Notes under the pieces: model-generated
Seen by the model: the letters and a program-made list of their open reading frames with translations, nothing else
Told to the model about the DNA's origin: nothing
Databases searched by the model: none
Translations under genes and position numbers: made by a program
Shown: piece after piece, positions 10,794-20,387 of the stretch
Layout of the letters: every line of letters starts with the position of its first letter
Numbering within the stretch: the stretch's first letter is position 1
DNA from: Erysipelotrichaceae bacterium
Lineage (GTDB): Bacteria; Bacillota_I; Bacilli_A; RFN20; CAG-826
DNA length: 64,000 nucleotides
Assembly: GCA_015059185.1 (NCBI GenBank)
Contig: SVAY01000005.1
Location: 2,093-66,092, forward strand
Direction: 5' to 3'

Positions 10794-10827
10794 ACTACAT
10801 TGTAGTTGCGTGTCAAAGATTCATCAA
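10794..10827 (-). promoter_or_regulatory. Promoter plus palindromic operator of the RHH antitoxin
   Basis: TTGATG-N17-TACAAT; ACTACA-N-TGTAGT inverted repeat overlaps the -10. Confidence 0.55.
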
Positions 10828-10836
10828 ACTTATTAT

Positions 10837-11826
10837 TTATTTTGCGGCTTTAATAGCAACGAGTAATTCTTCTTTTACATCAGGGTGATCGACAAGGTAT
10901 TGCTTAGCACTATCTCTACCTTGAGCAAATTTCTCGCCTTTATATTCGTACCAAGAGCCAGCTTTTCTCATTAAGCCATATTCCACGGCTAAATCAATCA
11001 TTTCGCCTTCTTTTGATACGCCTTTTCCGTAAATTATATCGATTTCACATTGTTTAAATGGAGGGGCGACTTTATTCTTTACGATTTTCACTTTACAGGT
11101 ATTACCGTAAATTTCACTTCCCACTTTAAGAGCTTCAGTACGTCTAATATCAATACGGATAGAAGCATAGAATTTAAGGGCTCTACCACCAGAAGTAGTT
11201 TCTGGGTTACCGTACATCACTCCAACTTTTTCTCTTAATTGGTTAATAAAGATCACTGCGCAGTCATTCTTATTTAAAACACCGGCAATCTTTCTCATCG
11301 CTTTAGACATGAGTCTAGCTTGTAAGCCTACTGAGTTATCACCCATTTCTCCATCAAGTTCAGCTTGTGGGACTAAGGCAGCAACAGAGTCAACAACAAT
11401 TAAATTCATGCCTCCACTAGAAGCGAGGAGTTGGCAGATTTCTAAAGCTTGTTCACCACTATCAGGTTGGGCTAAATAGAGTTCATTAATATCAACTCCT
11501 AAGTTCGCTGCATAGTTAGGATCAATCGCATGTTCTGCATCAATAAAGGCCGCTTTACCGCCCATCTTTTGGCACTCTGCAATCGCATGGAGAGCAAGAG
11601 TAGTTTTACCACTGCTTTCTGGACCGTAGATTTCAATGATTCTGCCCTTTGGGTATCCTCCGACACCGAGAGCTTCATCAAGGAGTAAGGATCCACTTGG
11701 AATCACGTCCACATCCACGGGCTCACGATCGCCAAGTCTCATAATGGCACCTTTACCAAACATCTTTTCGATTTCTTTTAAAGTGTCATTAAGTTTGTTT
11801 TCGTTTTCGATTTTTTCATTTTTCAT
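10837..11826 (-). CDS. recA: Recombinase A
   Basis: [47 protein letters not shown]. Confidence 0.99.
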   Translation of the reverse strand: MKNEKIENENKLNDTLKEIEKMFGKGAIMRLGDREPVDVDVIPSGSLLLDEALGVGGYPKGRIIEIYGPESSGKTTLALHAIAECQKMGGKAAFIDAEHAIDPNYAANLGVDINELYLAQPDSGEQALEICQLLASSGGMNLIVVDSVAALVPQAELDGEMGDNSVGLQARLMSKAMRKIAGVLNKNDCAVIFINQLREKVGVMYGNPETTSGGRALKFYASIRIDIRRTEALKVGSEIYGNTCKVKIVKNKVAPPFKQCEIDIIYGKGVSKEGEMIDLAVEYGLMRKAGSWYEYKGEKFAQGRDSAKQYLVDHPDVKEELLVAIKAAK

Positions 11827-11850
11827 AAAAAACCTCCTATATATTATTAA

Positions 11851-11880
11851 AAAGACGGATCAAAAATTGAAAATGTTGAA
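11851..11880 (-). promoter_or_regulatory. Putative alternative-sigma promoter of recA (TTCAACATTTT...CGTCTTT)
   Basis: AAC-N17-CGTC; geometry identical to the site at 2968-2997. Confidence 0.55.
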
Positions 11881-11883
11881 AAA

Positions 11884-12354
11884 TTATTTAAAATCATGCA
11901 ACATTTTTGCTAAGTGTGCATAGCCCAAGCTTAAAGCTTGGTTAATTATTTCTTCTCGCGTTCCATTAAGTCGATATTGGAACACTTGGGTATAATTATA
12001 TGCACTCACCCCAATATAGATAAGTCCCACTGGTTTATTTTCCATTGGAGTAGGTCCAGCGTTACCGGTGAAAGATATACAATAATCACTATCAAGTAAG
12101 AATTTTCCGTGCATTGCCATATCGCCTGCAATTTCTTGCGAGACGACTCCATATGCATCGACTCTTTCTTTCTTGATATTAAGTAAACGGATCTTTTCCC
12201 ATGTTGCATAAGTGACATAAGCACCGACAAAGAATTTAGACGCTCCTGGAATAGCAGTCATCGAACTCGCAAATCGTCCACCAGTAAAAGATTCAACACT
12301 TCCTAATGTTTTATTTGCTTGTGTAAATAAAGCGTGTAATTCTTCCGCGGTCAT
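11884..12354 (-). CDS. cinA: CinA C-terminal domain protein (NMN deamidase PncC-like)
   Basis: ESFTGG, PGASK, VTY, GVVS, TGNAGP, PVGLIYIG; directly upstream of recA. Confidence 0.88.
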   Translation of the reverse strand: MTAEELHALFTQANKTLGSVESFTGGRFASSMTAIPGASKFFVGAYVTYATWEKIRLLNIKKERVDAYGVVSQEIAGDMAMHGKFLLDSDYCISFTGNAGPTPMENKPVGLIYIGVSAYNYTQVFQYRLNGTREEIINQALSLGYAHLAKMLHDFK

Positions 12355-12358
12355 AAGA

Positions 12359-13003
12359 TTATTTATCTTCTTTAGATTCCTTTAAAACGTGTTTATTTTG
12401 AATAACGTAGATAACACCACTTAGTAAACTTGCTAAAGTAGCTAAATAGACTAAGAAAGCAGTGACTGTTAAATATGGGTTGGTGTTATTTGGATACATA
12501 TAATGGAATGGGAAGTCATTAAGTAAAACAGCTCCGATTGCCACCATTTGTAATACGGTCTTAAGTTTTCCAAAGATATTTGCCGCAATCACCACATTCT
12601 TCTGAGCAGCGATGAATCTCATCGCATCGACGACTGTATCTCTTGCGACCATGATGATGACACACCATAAAGGAATGAATGAAGTTTGAATAGTAGCATA
12701 GCTAAATGCATATGGACATGCTAAGAAGATAAGCATAGAGTTCACTAATAACTTATCAGCGATAGGATCAAGGAATTTACCAAGGTTAGTTACTTGGTTA
12801 TTTTTTCTGGCAAGTTTGCCATCTAAATGATCGGTATAACTCGCAATCACAAAGAACACAAATATTACTAAGAACACGACATCAATTCTTGTGTTACCTA
12901 AAGTAATTGATTGGAAGTTAATTAGAGACAATACAAACAAAGTCACGATCAAAATGACTGTTGCAATAATTCTACTAACGGTAATTTTTGTTGGTAAATT
13001 CAT
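12359..13003 (-). CDS. pgsA: CDP-diacylglycerol--glycerol-3-phosphate 3-phosphatidyltransferase
   Basis: TDHLDGKLARK...GKFLDPIADK; start at MNLPTK after an AAGGAG RBS. Confidence 0.95.
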   Translation of the reverse strand: MNLPTKITVSRIIATVILIVTLFVLSLINFQSITLGNTRIDVVFLVIFVFFVIASYTDHLDGKLARKNNQVTNLGKFLDPIADKLLVNSMLIFLACPYAFSYATIQTSFIPLWCVIIMVARDTVVDAMRFIAAQKNVVIAANIFGKLKTVLQMVAIGAVLLNDFPFHYMYPNNTNPYLTVTAFLVYLATLASLLSGVIYVIQNKHVLKESKEDK

Positions 13004-13024
13004 AACCTTCTCCTTCAGTGAGTG

Positions 13025-13355
13025 TTCGATCCTATAAGCCATGTTTTGTCTAGGATAATTATTTATCTAGGCTAAGCCTGCTTCTAGATATTCGGTTCTA
13101 TCTAGCCGCCTCCCCTACCAAATTTGGGTTTCTCGCTTGTGGGGTTTACCGCGTTCCACTTTGCCGTTTCCGACAAACTTCGTCACTGTGGCACTTTCAG
13201 GAGTACTACCATAGTTGCCCTTAGGTCTTCCTCCGCCGTTACGCACTCCTGCGTACCTAGCATTATTTTTTCTGCTAGCGCAATCACTACAGGCATCACA
13301 GCCTGTGCGAGCATGGACTTTCCTCTAACGTATGTCAGCAATTATCCGGATCGAA
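13025..13355 (-). ncRNA. rnpB: RNase P RNA, bacterial class B
   Basis: Minus strand carries GAGGAAAGTCCATGCTCGC, GAAAGTGCCACAGTGACG, GGAACGCGGTAAACCCC and ACAAAACATGGCTTA; P1 is TTCGATCC/GGATCGAA; gpsB-rnpB synteny. Confidence 0.95.
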
Positions 13356-13358
13356 ATA

Positions 13359-13721
13359 TTATTTAATTGATTTAGGGTCATACCCCATCTTAAATAGGAA
13401 CGTCTCGTATTTATTAATCTGTTTAATGAGATTGATGTTATCAGACGTCACTTCGTCACTGGCTTTGATGTTAGAAAATCTCTCTTTATATTTACCAAGT
13501 TCAATCTCAAGTTTTTGATTATCCTTCTTGAGCGATTCAACTTTGGCATTTAAAGCGTCAATCTCTTCTTTCTTCATCAAGAAATTAGATTCAATCTCCG
13601 TATAGTCACGAAGGATCAAATCGAGGAATTCATCCACTTGATAAGGGTCATATCCTCTAGGCGCACCTGGGAAGACCTTTTCAAGGATTTCTTTAGAAGA
13701 GAGGGTTAACTTCACTGCCAT
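13359..13721 (-). CDS. gpsB: DivIVA-domain cell division regulator (GpsB-like)
   Basis: EILEKVF...RGYDPYQVDEFLDLI plus coiled coil; adjacent to rnpB. Confidence 0.8.
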   Translation of the reverse strand: MAVKLTLSSKEILEKVFPGAPRGYDPYQVDEFLDLILRDYTEIESNFLMKKEEIDALNAKVESLKKDNQKLEIELGKYKERFSNIKASDEVTSDNINLIKQINKYETFLFKMGYDPKSIK

Positions 13722-13814
13722 AGACTTTATTATTTTATAATAAGCACACTATCTAATCAACATAATTAAGTAAAAAAGTTATTGTATAACTTCAATAGAC
13801 TTAATATAGGAAAT

Positions 13815-14558
13815 ATGCTAATCTACTATAGTATGCAAAAAGTCGACAAGGTACTTAAAGGTCATCACTATATCTGTTTCCTAGATTTTGAAGGCACACA
13901 ATTTTCTCATGAAATGATTGCTTTAGGCGCAGTACTTGCAACCCTAGATAGAAAAGGGAATATCAAAAGGCTTAAACAATCATTAAAACTATATGTACGA
14001 CCAAAGAATAAAGTTGGTAGCTACGTCACTAACTTAACCGGTATCACTGATGAAAAAGTGAAAAAAGATGGTGTTGGTTTCTATAAAGCAATGAGTGAAC
14101 TCCGTAATTACTGCGGTTCCGCATTTAAAAAATGTAGCTTTATGACATTTGGTAATCACGATATGAGGATCTTAAATCAATCAGTCTCATATAACTTAGA
14201 CGTCCCAAAAGAAGTAGTCGACCAAATAAGAAAGAATTATATCGACTTTACCACTATCATCGGCGAGTTCATTAGAGATGATAATGGTAATCCATATTCC
14301 TTAGTCAATTACTGTAAACTCTTTAATGTCAAAGAAGAAGGGGAAGCCCATCAACCAGATGTCGATGCGATTAACCTCGCTCATTTATATCACGCTTTTA
14401 TCAATAATAGTGAACTTGTCTTAAAAGAATATTTAAAAGTCTTAGCAATGCAACATCACCTCCCCCTTCCAATTAAAAAAGCAACCGAAGCTTTAGCCGC
14501 TGGTAACGATTTTAGTGCGGAAGAATTTTTAGAAATTGCTAAAGAATGTATCTCTTAA
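13815..14558 (+). CDS. DEDDh 3'-5' exonuclease (KapD/ERI-like)
   Basis: LDFEG, LTGIT, FGNHD, HQPDVDA; start uncertain (13815 or 13833). Confidence 0.8.
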   Translation: MLIYYSMQKVDKVLKGHHYICFLDFEGTQFSHEMIALGAVLATLDRKGNIKRLKQSLKLYVRPKNKVGSYVTNLTGITDEKVKKDGVGFYKAMSELRNYCGSAFKKCSFMTFGNHDMRILNQSVSYNLDVPKEVVDQIRKNYIDFTTIIGEFIRDDNGNPYSLVNYCKLFNVKEEGEAHQPDVDAINLAHLYHAFINNSELVLKEYLKVLAMQHHLPLPIKKATEALAAGNDFSAEEFLEIAKECIS

Positions 14559-14559
14559 T

Positions 14560-15144
14560 ATGAAATATCCTAACGGTAAGAAATTTGAAGATAAAAAAGC
14601 CCCAGAGAAGAAGACCACAAGAGGTATTTTAAATGCGGGCAACCGTGGCATGAATTTTGAAGCGGATATCAATCAATCAAACGAATACTATAATGCAAAC
14701 AATATCTGCTTAATCACAAAAAGACCTACTCCAATCAATATTGTGAAAGTTGATTATTCACGTGGAGCGATAATCACTAATGCATATTTTGAAAAACAGT
14801 CCACTACTGACTATAACGGTGTCTATAAATCTCGCTATATTGACTTTGAAGCAAAAAATACAAAGAATAGAACTTCATTCCCTTTAGCGAATATCCCTCC
14901 TCAACAAATTGATCACCTTAAACGTGTGATTAATCATGGAGGAATTGCTTTTTTCTTAATTCAATTTGAATCACTACTCAAAGTATATTTAATCGATGCT
15001 AGTTACGTCATCAAATTCTATGAAGAAGGAGATAGGAAATCTATCCCAATTGATGTCATAGAAAAAGAAGGTATCGAAATAGAACAAGGACTTAATCCTC
15101 GACTTAACTACATTAAAGCTGTAGAAGAAAAATATTTTAAATAA
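14560..15144 (+). CDS. recU: Holliday junction resolvase
   Basis: MKYPNG, NRGMNFE, KRPTP, STTDYNG, DFEAK. Confidence 0.96.
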   Translation: MKYPNGKKFEDKKAPEKKTTRGILNAGNRGMNFEADINQSNEYYNANNICLITKRPTPINIVKVDYSRGAIITNAYFEKQSTTDYNGVYKSRYIDFEAKNTKNRTSFPLANIPPQQIDHLKRVINHGGIAFFLIQFESLLKVYLIDASYVIKFYEEGDRKSIPIDVIEKEGIEIEQGLNPRLNYIKAVEEKYFK

Positions 15145-15156
15145 TTACGTTTTTAG

Positions 15157-15783
15157 CTATTTTTCGATGCAAAAATCACGAATTTTACAGTTTTCGCATT
15201 TTGGATTCTTGGCTGTACAATAATATCTACCAAAATGAATAAATTGATGGTGAAGCTTTCCCCACTTGTCTTGAGGGAAGGCTTTTTTAAGCTTCTTTTC
15301 TATATCAAGAGGTTCATCATTTTTAGAAGCAAACTTAAGGCGTTTAGCAATACGGGCAACATGAGTATCAACTGGTAATTCATCTGCCTTAAATAATTCT
15401 AATCTCGTGACACCTGCTGTTTTATTTCCGACTCCTGGTAGAGTCACTAATACATCTTTATCACTAGGAACTTTACTATCATATTTACTCACTAGTTCTT
15501 TAGCGAGGTTCACAATGTTCTTAGCTTTTGCTTTATATAGCCCAATTGATTTAATTATCTCTTCAACATCCTTAATATCAGCATTAGCGAGTTCTTCTAA
15601 ACTCTGATATTTAGAAAATAATTTTGGAGTGACTTGATTCACTGACTTATCTGTTGTTTGAGCACTTAAAACAACCGCGATTAAAAGCTCATAATCTTTA
15701 TGATAATTAAGTTCACATCCTACAATAGGTAAGATTTCGTTTAAATATAATAAAACTCGCTCGGCTTTCTTACTTATCATCAT
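15157..15783 (-). CDS. nth: Endonuclease III
   Basis: LSAQTTD, HhH LPGVGNKTA, VDTHV, C-x6-C-x2-C-x5-C Fe-S motif. Confidence 0.96.
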   Translation of the reverse strand: MMISKKAERVLLYLNEILPIVGCELNYHKDYELLIAVVLSAQTTDKSVNQVTPKLFSKYQSLEELANADIKDVEEIIKSIGLYKAKAKNIVNLAKELVSKYDSKVPSDKDVLVTLPGVGNKTAGVTRLELFKADELPVDTHVARIAKRLKFASKNDEPLDIEKKLKKAFPQDKWGKLHHQFIHFGRYYCTAKNPKCENCKIRDFCIEK

Positions 15784-16417
15784 CTAACCAAGGAGTTTTC
15801 GCTATCCTAATTGTCTCTTCTAGATTTTTATTCCAATCTTTTGTTATTGGACTCATTCCTTCACTAGTTCTATCATCTCTAATTTGATAGGAAAGAAGGA
15901 TTTTATCAACGGAATTAAGTGACTTCTTACCTTTCGCAAGGGCGTCCTTAAGAGCGTTGACGATTTGTTCATCAGTAAAGCCATATGTGACCCATTCTCT
16001 AATACGAGATATTTCGACCGGTGATAAAGATCTATTAAGTAACTTTTGGAAAGTACCATAGATATTTTCAAGCTCATCACTGATTTGTTTCTTTTTCTTA
16101 GTCTCTTCTTCTATTGTTAAGAATAATTGGAATTCACTATAGAGTTTTTGTTTAAGTGGATCTAATGTGGTCGCAGTCTTTTTACCTGTCGTCACATAAT
16201 CTAATAATTTCTTTTTAAGTAAGGAAGCAAGTATCTTATCGATTTCTTTAACATCAAGATTCATCTTTAAAGATAATAAATCGGCATTCACAAAAGGATT
16301 CCCTTGATTGATGAGATGATCAATCATAAAAATAGTCGCGAGTTCAAGCTCACTAATCTTGAGTCTTTTATAATTCTCTAATAAGAGATATTTAAAATCT
16401 AATGCTTCGCTTACCAT
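15770..16417 (-). CDS. dnaD: DnaD domain replication protein
   Basis: LLENYKRL N-terminus, RSLSPVE, VDKIL; upstream of nth. Confidence 0.85.
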   Translation of the reverse strand: MVSEALDFKYLLLENYKRLKISELELATIFMIDHLINQGNPFVNADLLSLKMNLDVKEIDKILASLLKKKLLDYVTTGKKTATTLDPLKQKLYSEFQLFLTIEEETKKKKQISDELENIYGTFQKLLNRSLSPVEISRIREWVTYGFTDEQIVNALKDALAKGKKSLNSVDKILLSYQIRDDRTSEGMSPITKDWNKNLEETIRIAKTPWLDDDK

Positions 16418-16425
16418 GGTAAGTG

Positions 16426-17112
16426 CTATTCTATCACATCAATATATTGATGGATACTAAATTCTTTAAATAATTTTTCTTCAAAATCCTTATCAACACC
16501 TTTAATCTTGCTTACTTCTTGACGGATTTTGTCTTTATTAATTTTCGCGAGTAATCCACTATAATCTTTCATCGCTTTTTCAGTCTTTTCTTCAAATGAG
16601 AAACCATACATTAAAGCAAAACGAATCGCCCTAATAATTCTTAAAGGATCTTCTTTGATTCTCTTTTTAGGATTACCAATAAATCTAATTAATTTATTTT
16701 TTAAGTCTTCTTGTCCATGACAATAGTCATAAAGAATAAAATAACTATCTAAATACATAGAGTTAATTGTAAAGTCACGTCTAACATAATCTTTTTTAAG
16801 ATCTGTGACGTATTTTACCTTGCTAGGATGACGTGAATCATCATATTTTCCTTCTACTCTTAAGGTGGTGATATCAAATTTCACACCTTCAAAATTATAT
16901 TTAAGTGAACCGTACTGTTTAAATGTATCATCCGCTCCTTTTAAAAACGGAAGCATTTGAGTTGGAGTTGCATCAGTCACTAAGTCCATATCATTTAAAT
17001 CGAGTTTAAGTAAGAAGTCTCGTACTGTTCCACCCACTAAATAAAGATTAAAGCCTTTATTCTTAAAGACTTTCGCAAGTTTTATATATGCATCTATCTC
17101 TTTTCTTCTCAT
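16426..17112 (-). CDS. cca: CCA tRNA nucleotidyltransferase (unusually short)
   Basis: VGGTVRD, DMD, DITTLR, RRDFTIN, EDPLRIIR. Confidence 0.85.
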   Translation of the reverse strand: MRRKEIDAYIKLAKVFKNKGFNLYLVGGTVRDFLLKLDLNDMDLVTDATPTQMLPFLKGADDTFKQYGSLKYNFEGVKFDITTLRVEGKYDDSRHPSKVKYVTDLKKDYVRRDFTINSMYLDSYFILYDYCHGQEDLKNKLIRFIGNPKKRIKEDPLRIIRAIRFALMYGFSFEEKTEKAMKDYSGLLAKINKDKIRQEVSKIKGVDKDFEEKLFKEFSIHQYIDVIE

Positions 17113-17113
17113 A

Positions 17114-17398
17114 TTATTTTTGTATTTTTGCCTTCAATGATTTTGCTTCTTTAAACGACACCATTTTTCTTTCTTTAATAGTAATCTTTTCATGTGTCTC
17201 TGGGTTTGTACCAATTCTCGACTTACGAGTTTTTACATTAAATGATCCAAAGTTAGCAATATCAACATCTCTACCTGCTTCTAGGGCTTCTTTAATAAAT
17301 TCAAATGTGAGGTCCACTGCTGCTTTTGCATCTTTAATCGATAAATAAGCTTCTTCAGAAACCATTTCAATAATGTCGTTTTTGTTAATCTTATTCAT
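17114..17398 (-). CDS. hup: HU family DNA-binding protein
   Basis: NKNDII, FGSF, RIGTNPET; start moved to the second Met. Confidence 0.92.
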   Translation of the reverse strand: MNKINKNDIIEMVSEEAYLSIKDAKAAVDLTFEFIKEALEAGRDVDIANFGSFNVKTRKSRIGTNPETHEKITIKERKMVSFKEAKSLKAKIQK

Positions 17399-17399
17399 C

Positions 17400-18404
17400 T
17401 TATTTACCTTCAACCTTAATAGAACGCTTAAAAAGTGTTGGAATTACTTCACTAGGCTTTTTATACCTATAAACAACCTCATATAAAGCATTAATAATAG
17501 GTAATTCTATATATTCTTGTTCCGCTAAATCATGGATAACTTTAATGGTTCTAATACCTTCAACAGTCTTCTTATTGTTCTTAAGGAAGTTCTCCACTCC
17601 ATCATCTTTACCAATTTGAAGTCCTGCCATAAAGTTACGAGAATGGAAAGAGTAACAAGTAACAATTAAATCACCTAATCCAGTTAAACCTAAATATGTA
17701 TCTTTCTTCCCGCCAAAATGAGCACCGAATCTTACAATCTCCGCTAAACCTCTAGTACATAAAGCAGCGCGGGAGTTATCTCCATATTTAAGACCTTCTA
17801 AGATTCCACTAGCAATCGCGATTGCATTTTTCATCGCAACACCTAGCTCACTACCTATTTCATCACTATTTCCATATACTCTAAAGTAATCATTAGAGAA
17901 TAATTCAGCAACTTGCATGGAATAATCTAAATCTTGACTGACTGAACAGACACAAGTTAAGTCTCTTTTAATCACTTCTTCTGCATGGCTTGGACCAATT
18001 AAAGAAACGATTGGTAAACGTTTATCTTCTCTCACCACTTCTCTAATAAGTTCACTGATTCTAATATTCTTTTCAGTATCAAAGCCCTTAGCAGTATTAA
18101 TAAAGAGCACTTTCTTCGTTAATTTATTAGCGATATTACTTAATACTTCTCTATAAGCAGCAGTAGGAATCGCAATTAAAATAACATCTGCATCTTTTAC
18201 TGCTTCATCTAAACTATTAGTAGCCTTTAATTCAGTTGGAAGAGTAACATCCTCTCCAAAGAAAAAAGAATTCTTATGATTAATATTAATGTCATTAACT
18301 TGATCAACACTTCGACCATAGATAATGACATCTTGTTTATTATCAACTAAGACTTGAGCTAATGCAGTGCCCCAAGTACCACTACCAATAACCGCTATTT
18401 TCAT
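17400..18404 (-). CDS. gpsA: NAD(P)H-dependent glycerol-3-phosphate dehydrogenase
   Basis: GSGTWG, KG, GPSHA, KNAIAIA, GLGDLIVT, SRN. Confidence 0.96.
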   Translation of the reverse strand: MKIAVIGSGTWGTALAQVLVDNKQDVIIYGRSVDQVNDININHKNSFFFGEDVTLPTELKATNSLDEAVKDADVILIAIPTAAYREVLSNIANKLTKKVLFINTAKGFDTEKNIRISELIREVVREDKRLPIVSLIGPSHAEEVIKRDLTCVCSVSQDLDYSMQVAELFSNDYFRVYGNSDEIGSELGVAMKNAIAIASGILEGLKYGDNSRAALCTRGLAEIVRFGAHFGGKKDTYLGLTGLGDLIVTCYSFHSRNFMAGLQIGKDDGVENFLKNNKKTVEGIRTIKVIHDLAEQEYIELPIINALYEVVYRYKKPSEVIPTLFKRSIKVEGK

Positions 18405-19717
18405 TCTTTTTGTTTCCTTTCTCTTAGAAGAATCTTAATTGGAGTTCCTTCAAAATTAAAGGTATCTCTAAGACGATTTTCTATATATCTTTGATAAGAG
18501 AAATGCATGAAATCTGGATTATTTACAAATAAGACAAAAGTCGGTGGCGCGGTAGTCACTTGAGAGGCATAAAAGATCTTTAATCTACCACCATTAAAGT
18601 CTGGAGTTGGGTTAAGAACTAAAGCATCTTGAATAACATCATTTAAAACACTAGTTTTGACCCTAGTATAATATGCTTCATGAACTAGTTTTAAGGCATC
18701 AAATAAGGTATCAAGTCTTTGCCCTTTCAATGCACTTAAAAATACAACAGGTGCATAATCTAAGAACTTATATTCTTGGCGAATAATCTTTGTATAATCG
18801 CTCATGGTATTAGTTTCTTTATTCACTAAATCCCATTTATTTACAACGATAATGATGGCTTTATGTAAATCAACTGCGTAAGAAATAACATGCTTATCTT
18901 GATCAGTAATTCCTTCTTTTCCATCAATCACTAATAATACAATTTCACTGCGTTCTATCGCTTTTAATGCACGAATTGCGCTGTATTTATCAATTGATTC
19001 GTAGATTTTTCCTCTTTTCTTTAGACCAGCTGTATCAATAACAATATAGTTTTGTCCGTCTTTAGTAAAAGGAGTATCAATTGAATCACGAGTTGTTCCA
19101 CTGATATCAGAAACGATGACTCTATCTTCTTTAAGAATGGCGTTAGTGAGTGAGCTCTTACCAACATTAGGTCTACCAATAAGTGAGAAAGTAATCTCAT
19201 CTTCTTTAAGTGTTTCTTCTTGCTCTGGAAGAGTTTCAATAATCTTATTAAGTAAATCGCCTATACCAACACCATGCGCACCACTAACAGCGAGAGGTTC
19301 ACCAAGTCCTAAAGCATAAAAATCATAGATGCTAGAAGAATGAATTCCTTCATCGATTTTATTGACTGCAAGGATGATTGGCTTTTTGACTTTATGTAAA
19401 ATTTTTGCCACCATTCTATCATCACTCGTGACCCCCACTTGGCCATCACAAATAAAAACGATAACATCCGCTTCATCAATCGCGATATTAGCTTGAATTC
19501 TAATCTGTTCTTGGAACGGTCTATTGGTGATTTCAATACCACCCGTATCAATTAAAGAGAAGCTTTTACCGAGCCATTTACATTTTGCATATAATCTATC
19601 TCTAGTGATACCCGCTGCGTCATCAACAATTGCTCTTTTTTCTCCGACGAGACGATTAAAAATCGTAGACTTACCTACGTTAGGAGATCCAACAATCGCT
19701 ACTACACTACTCTTCAT
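18401..19717 (-). CDS. der: Ribosome biogenesis GTPase Der/EngA
   Basis: Two G domains (GSPNVGKS, GRPNVGKS), DTGG/DTAG, NKID/NKWD. Confidence 0.98.
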   Translation of the reverse strand: MKSSVVAIVGSPNVGKSTIFNRLVGEKRAIVDDAAGITRDRLYAKCKWLGKSFSLIDTGGIEITNRPFQEQIRIQANIAIDEADVIVFICDGQVGVTSDDRMVAKILHKVKKPIILAVNKIDEGIHSSSIYDFYALGLGEPLAVSGAHGVGIGDLLNKIIETLPEQEETLKEDEITFSLIGRPNVGKSSLTNAILKEDRVIVSDISGTTRDSIDTPFTKDGQNYIVIDTAGLKKRGKIYESIDKYSAIRALKAIERSEIVLLVIDGKEGITDQDKHVISYAVDLHKAIIIVVNKWDLVNKETNTMSDYTKIIRQEYKFLDYAPVVFLSALKGQRLDTLFDALKLVHEAYYTRVKTSVLNDVIQDALVLNPTPDFNGGRLKIFYASQVTTAPPTFVLFVNNPDFMHFSYQRYIENRLRDTFNFEGTPIKILLRERKQKE

Positions 19718-20382
19718 TATTCCTTCACTTTCGAATCGATAATTTCAATCACTCTGTTCACTACTTGTTCAATATTCATATCACTTGTATCAAGTAAGAT
19801 AGAGTCTTCTGCTGGTTTAAGAGGTGCAAATGCTCTTTCAGAATCAGCTTTATCTCTTCTATTTACATCTTCTAAGATTTCTTCATACGTTCCTGGAATA
19901 CCTTTTTCTTGGTTTTCCTTATATCTTCGCATCGCACGACATTCTGGAGAGGCAACTTGGAAGATTTTCACTTCCGCATTAGGAAGAACATATGTTCCAA
20001 TATCTCTACCATCCATAATGACACTACTCTTTTCGGCCATTTTTCTTTGTTGATCAACTAAGAACAATCTAACAGGTTTCATTTGGCAGACTGGAGTAAC
20101 GTTCTTATTAATAATAGGCATTCTAATTTCTCTAGTAATATCGTTACCATTACAAAGCACTTTTCCACCAGGGAGAAGTTCAATATTAACGTTAGGGATT
20201 TCAGCAACACACGCTGCTTCATCTGTACAGTCAAGACCTTTATTCACACAGTGCCATGTATACGCACGGTACATCGCGCCAGTATCTATATATGTATATC
20301 CTTTAATCTCAGCAACTTTTTTAGCGATGGTGCTTTTACCCGCTGCGGCTGGTCCATCAATTGCGACGCTTACTTTCTTCAT
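19717..20382 (-). CDS. cmk: Cytidylate kinase
   Basis: IDGPAAAGKST, DTGAMYR, MDGRDIGT. Confidence 0.96.
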   Translation of the reverse strand: MKKVSVAIDGPAAAGKSTIAKKVAEIKGYTYIDTGAMYRAYTWHCVNKGLDCTDEAACVAEIPNVNIELLPGGKVLCNGNDITREIRMPIINKNVTPVCQMKPVRLFLVDQQRKMAEKSSVIMDGRDIGTYVLPNAEVKIFQVASPECRAMRRYKENQEKGIPGTYEEILEDVNRRDKADSERAFAPLKPAEDSILLDTSDMNIEQVVNRVIEIIDSKVKE

Positions 20383-20387
20383 AACTA

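Noticed and set aside
13004-13042. N-terminal extension of PgsA in the ORF track
   Set aside because: It overlaps the rnpB 3' end; the RBS supports a start at 13003
13124-13366. 80-aa plus-strand ORF
   Set aside because: It is the antisense of rnpB
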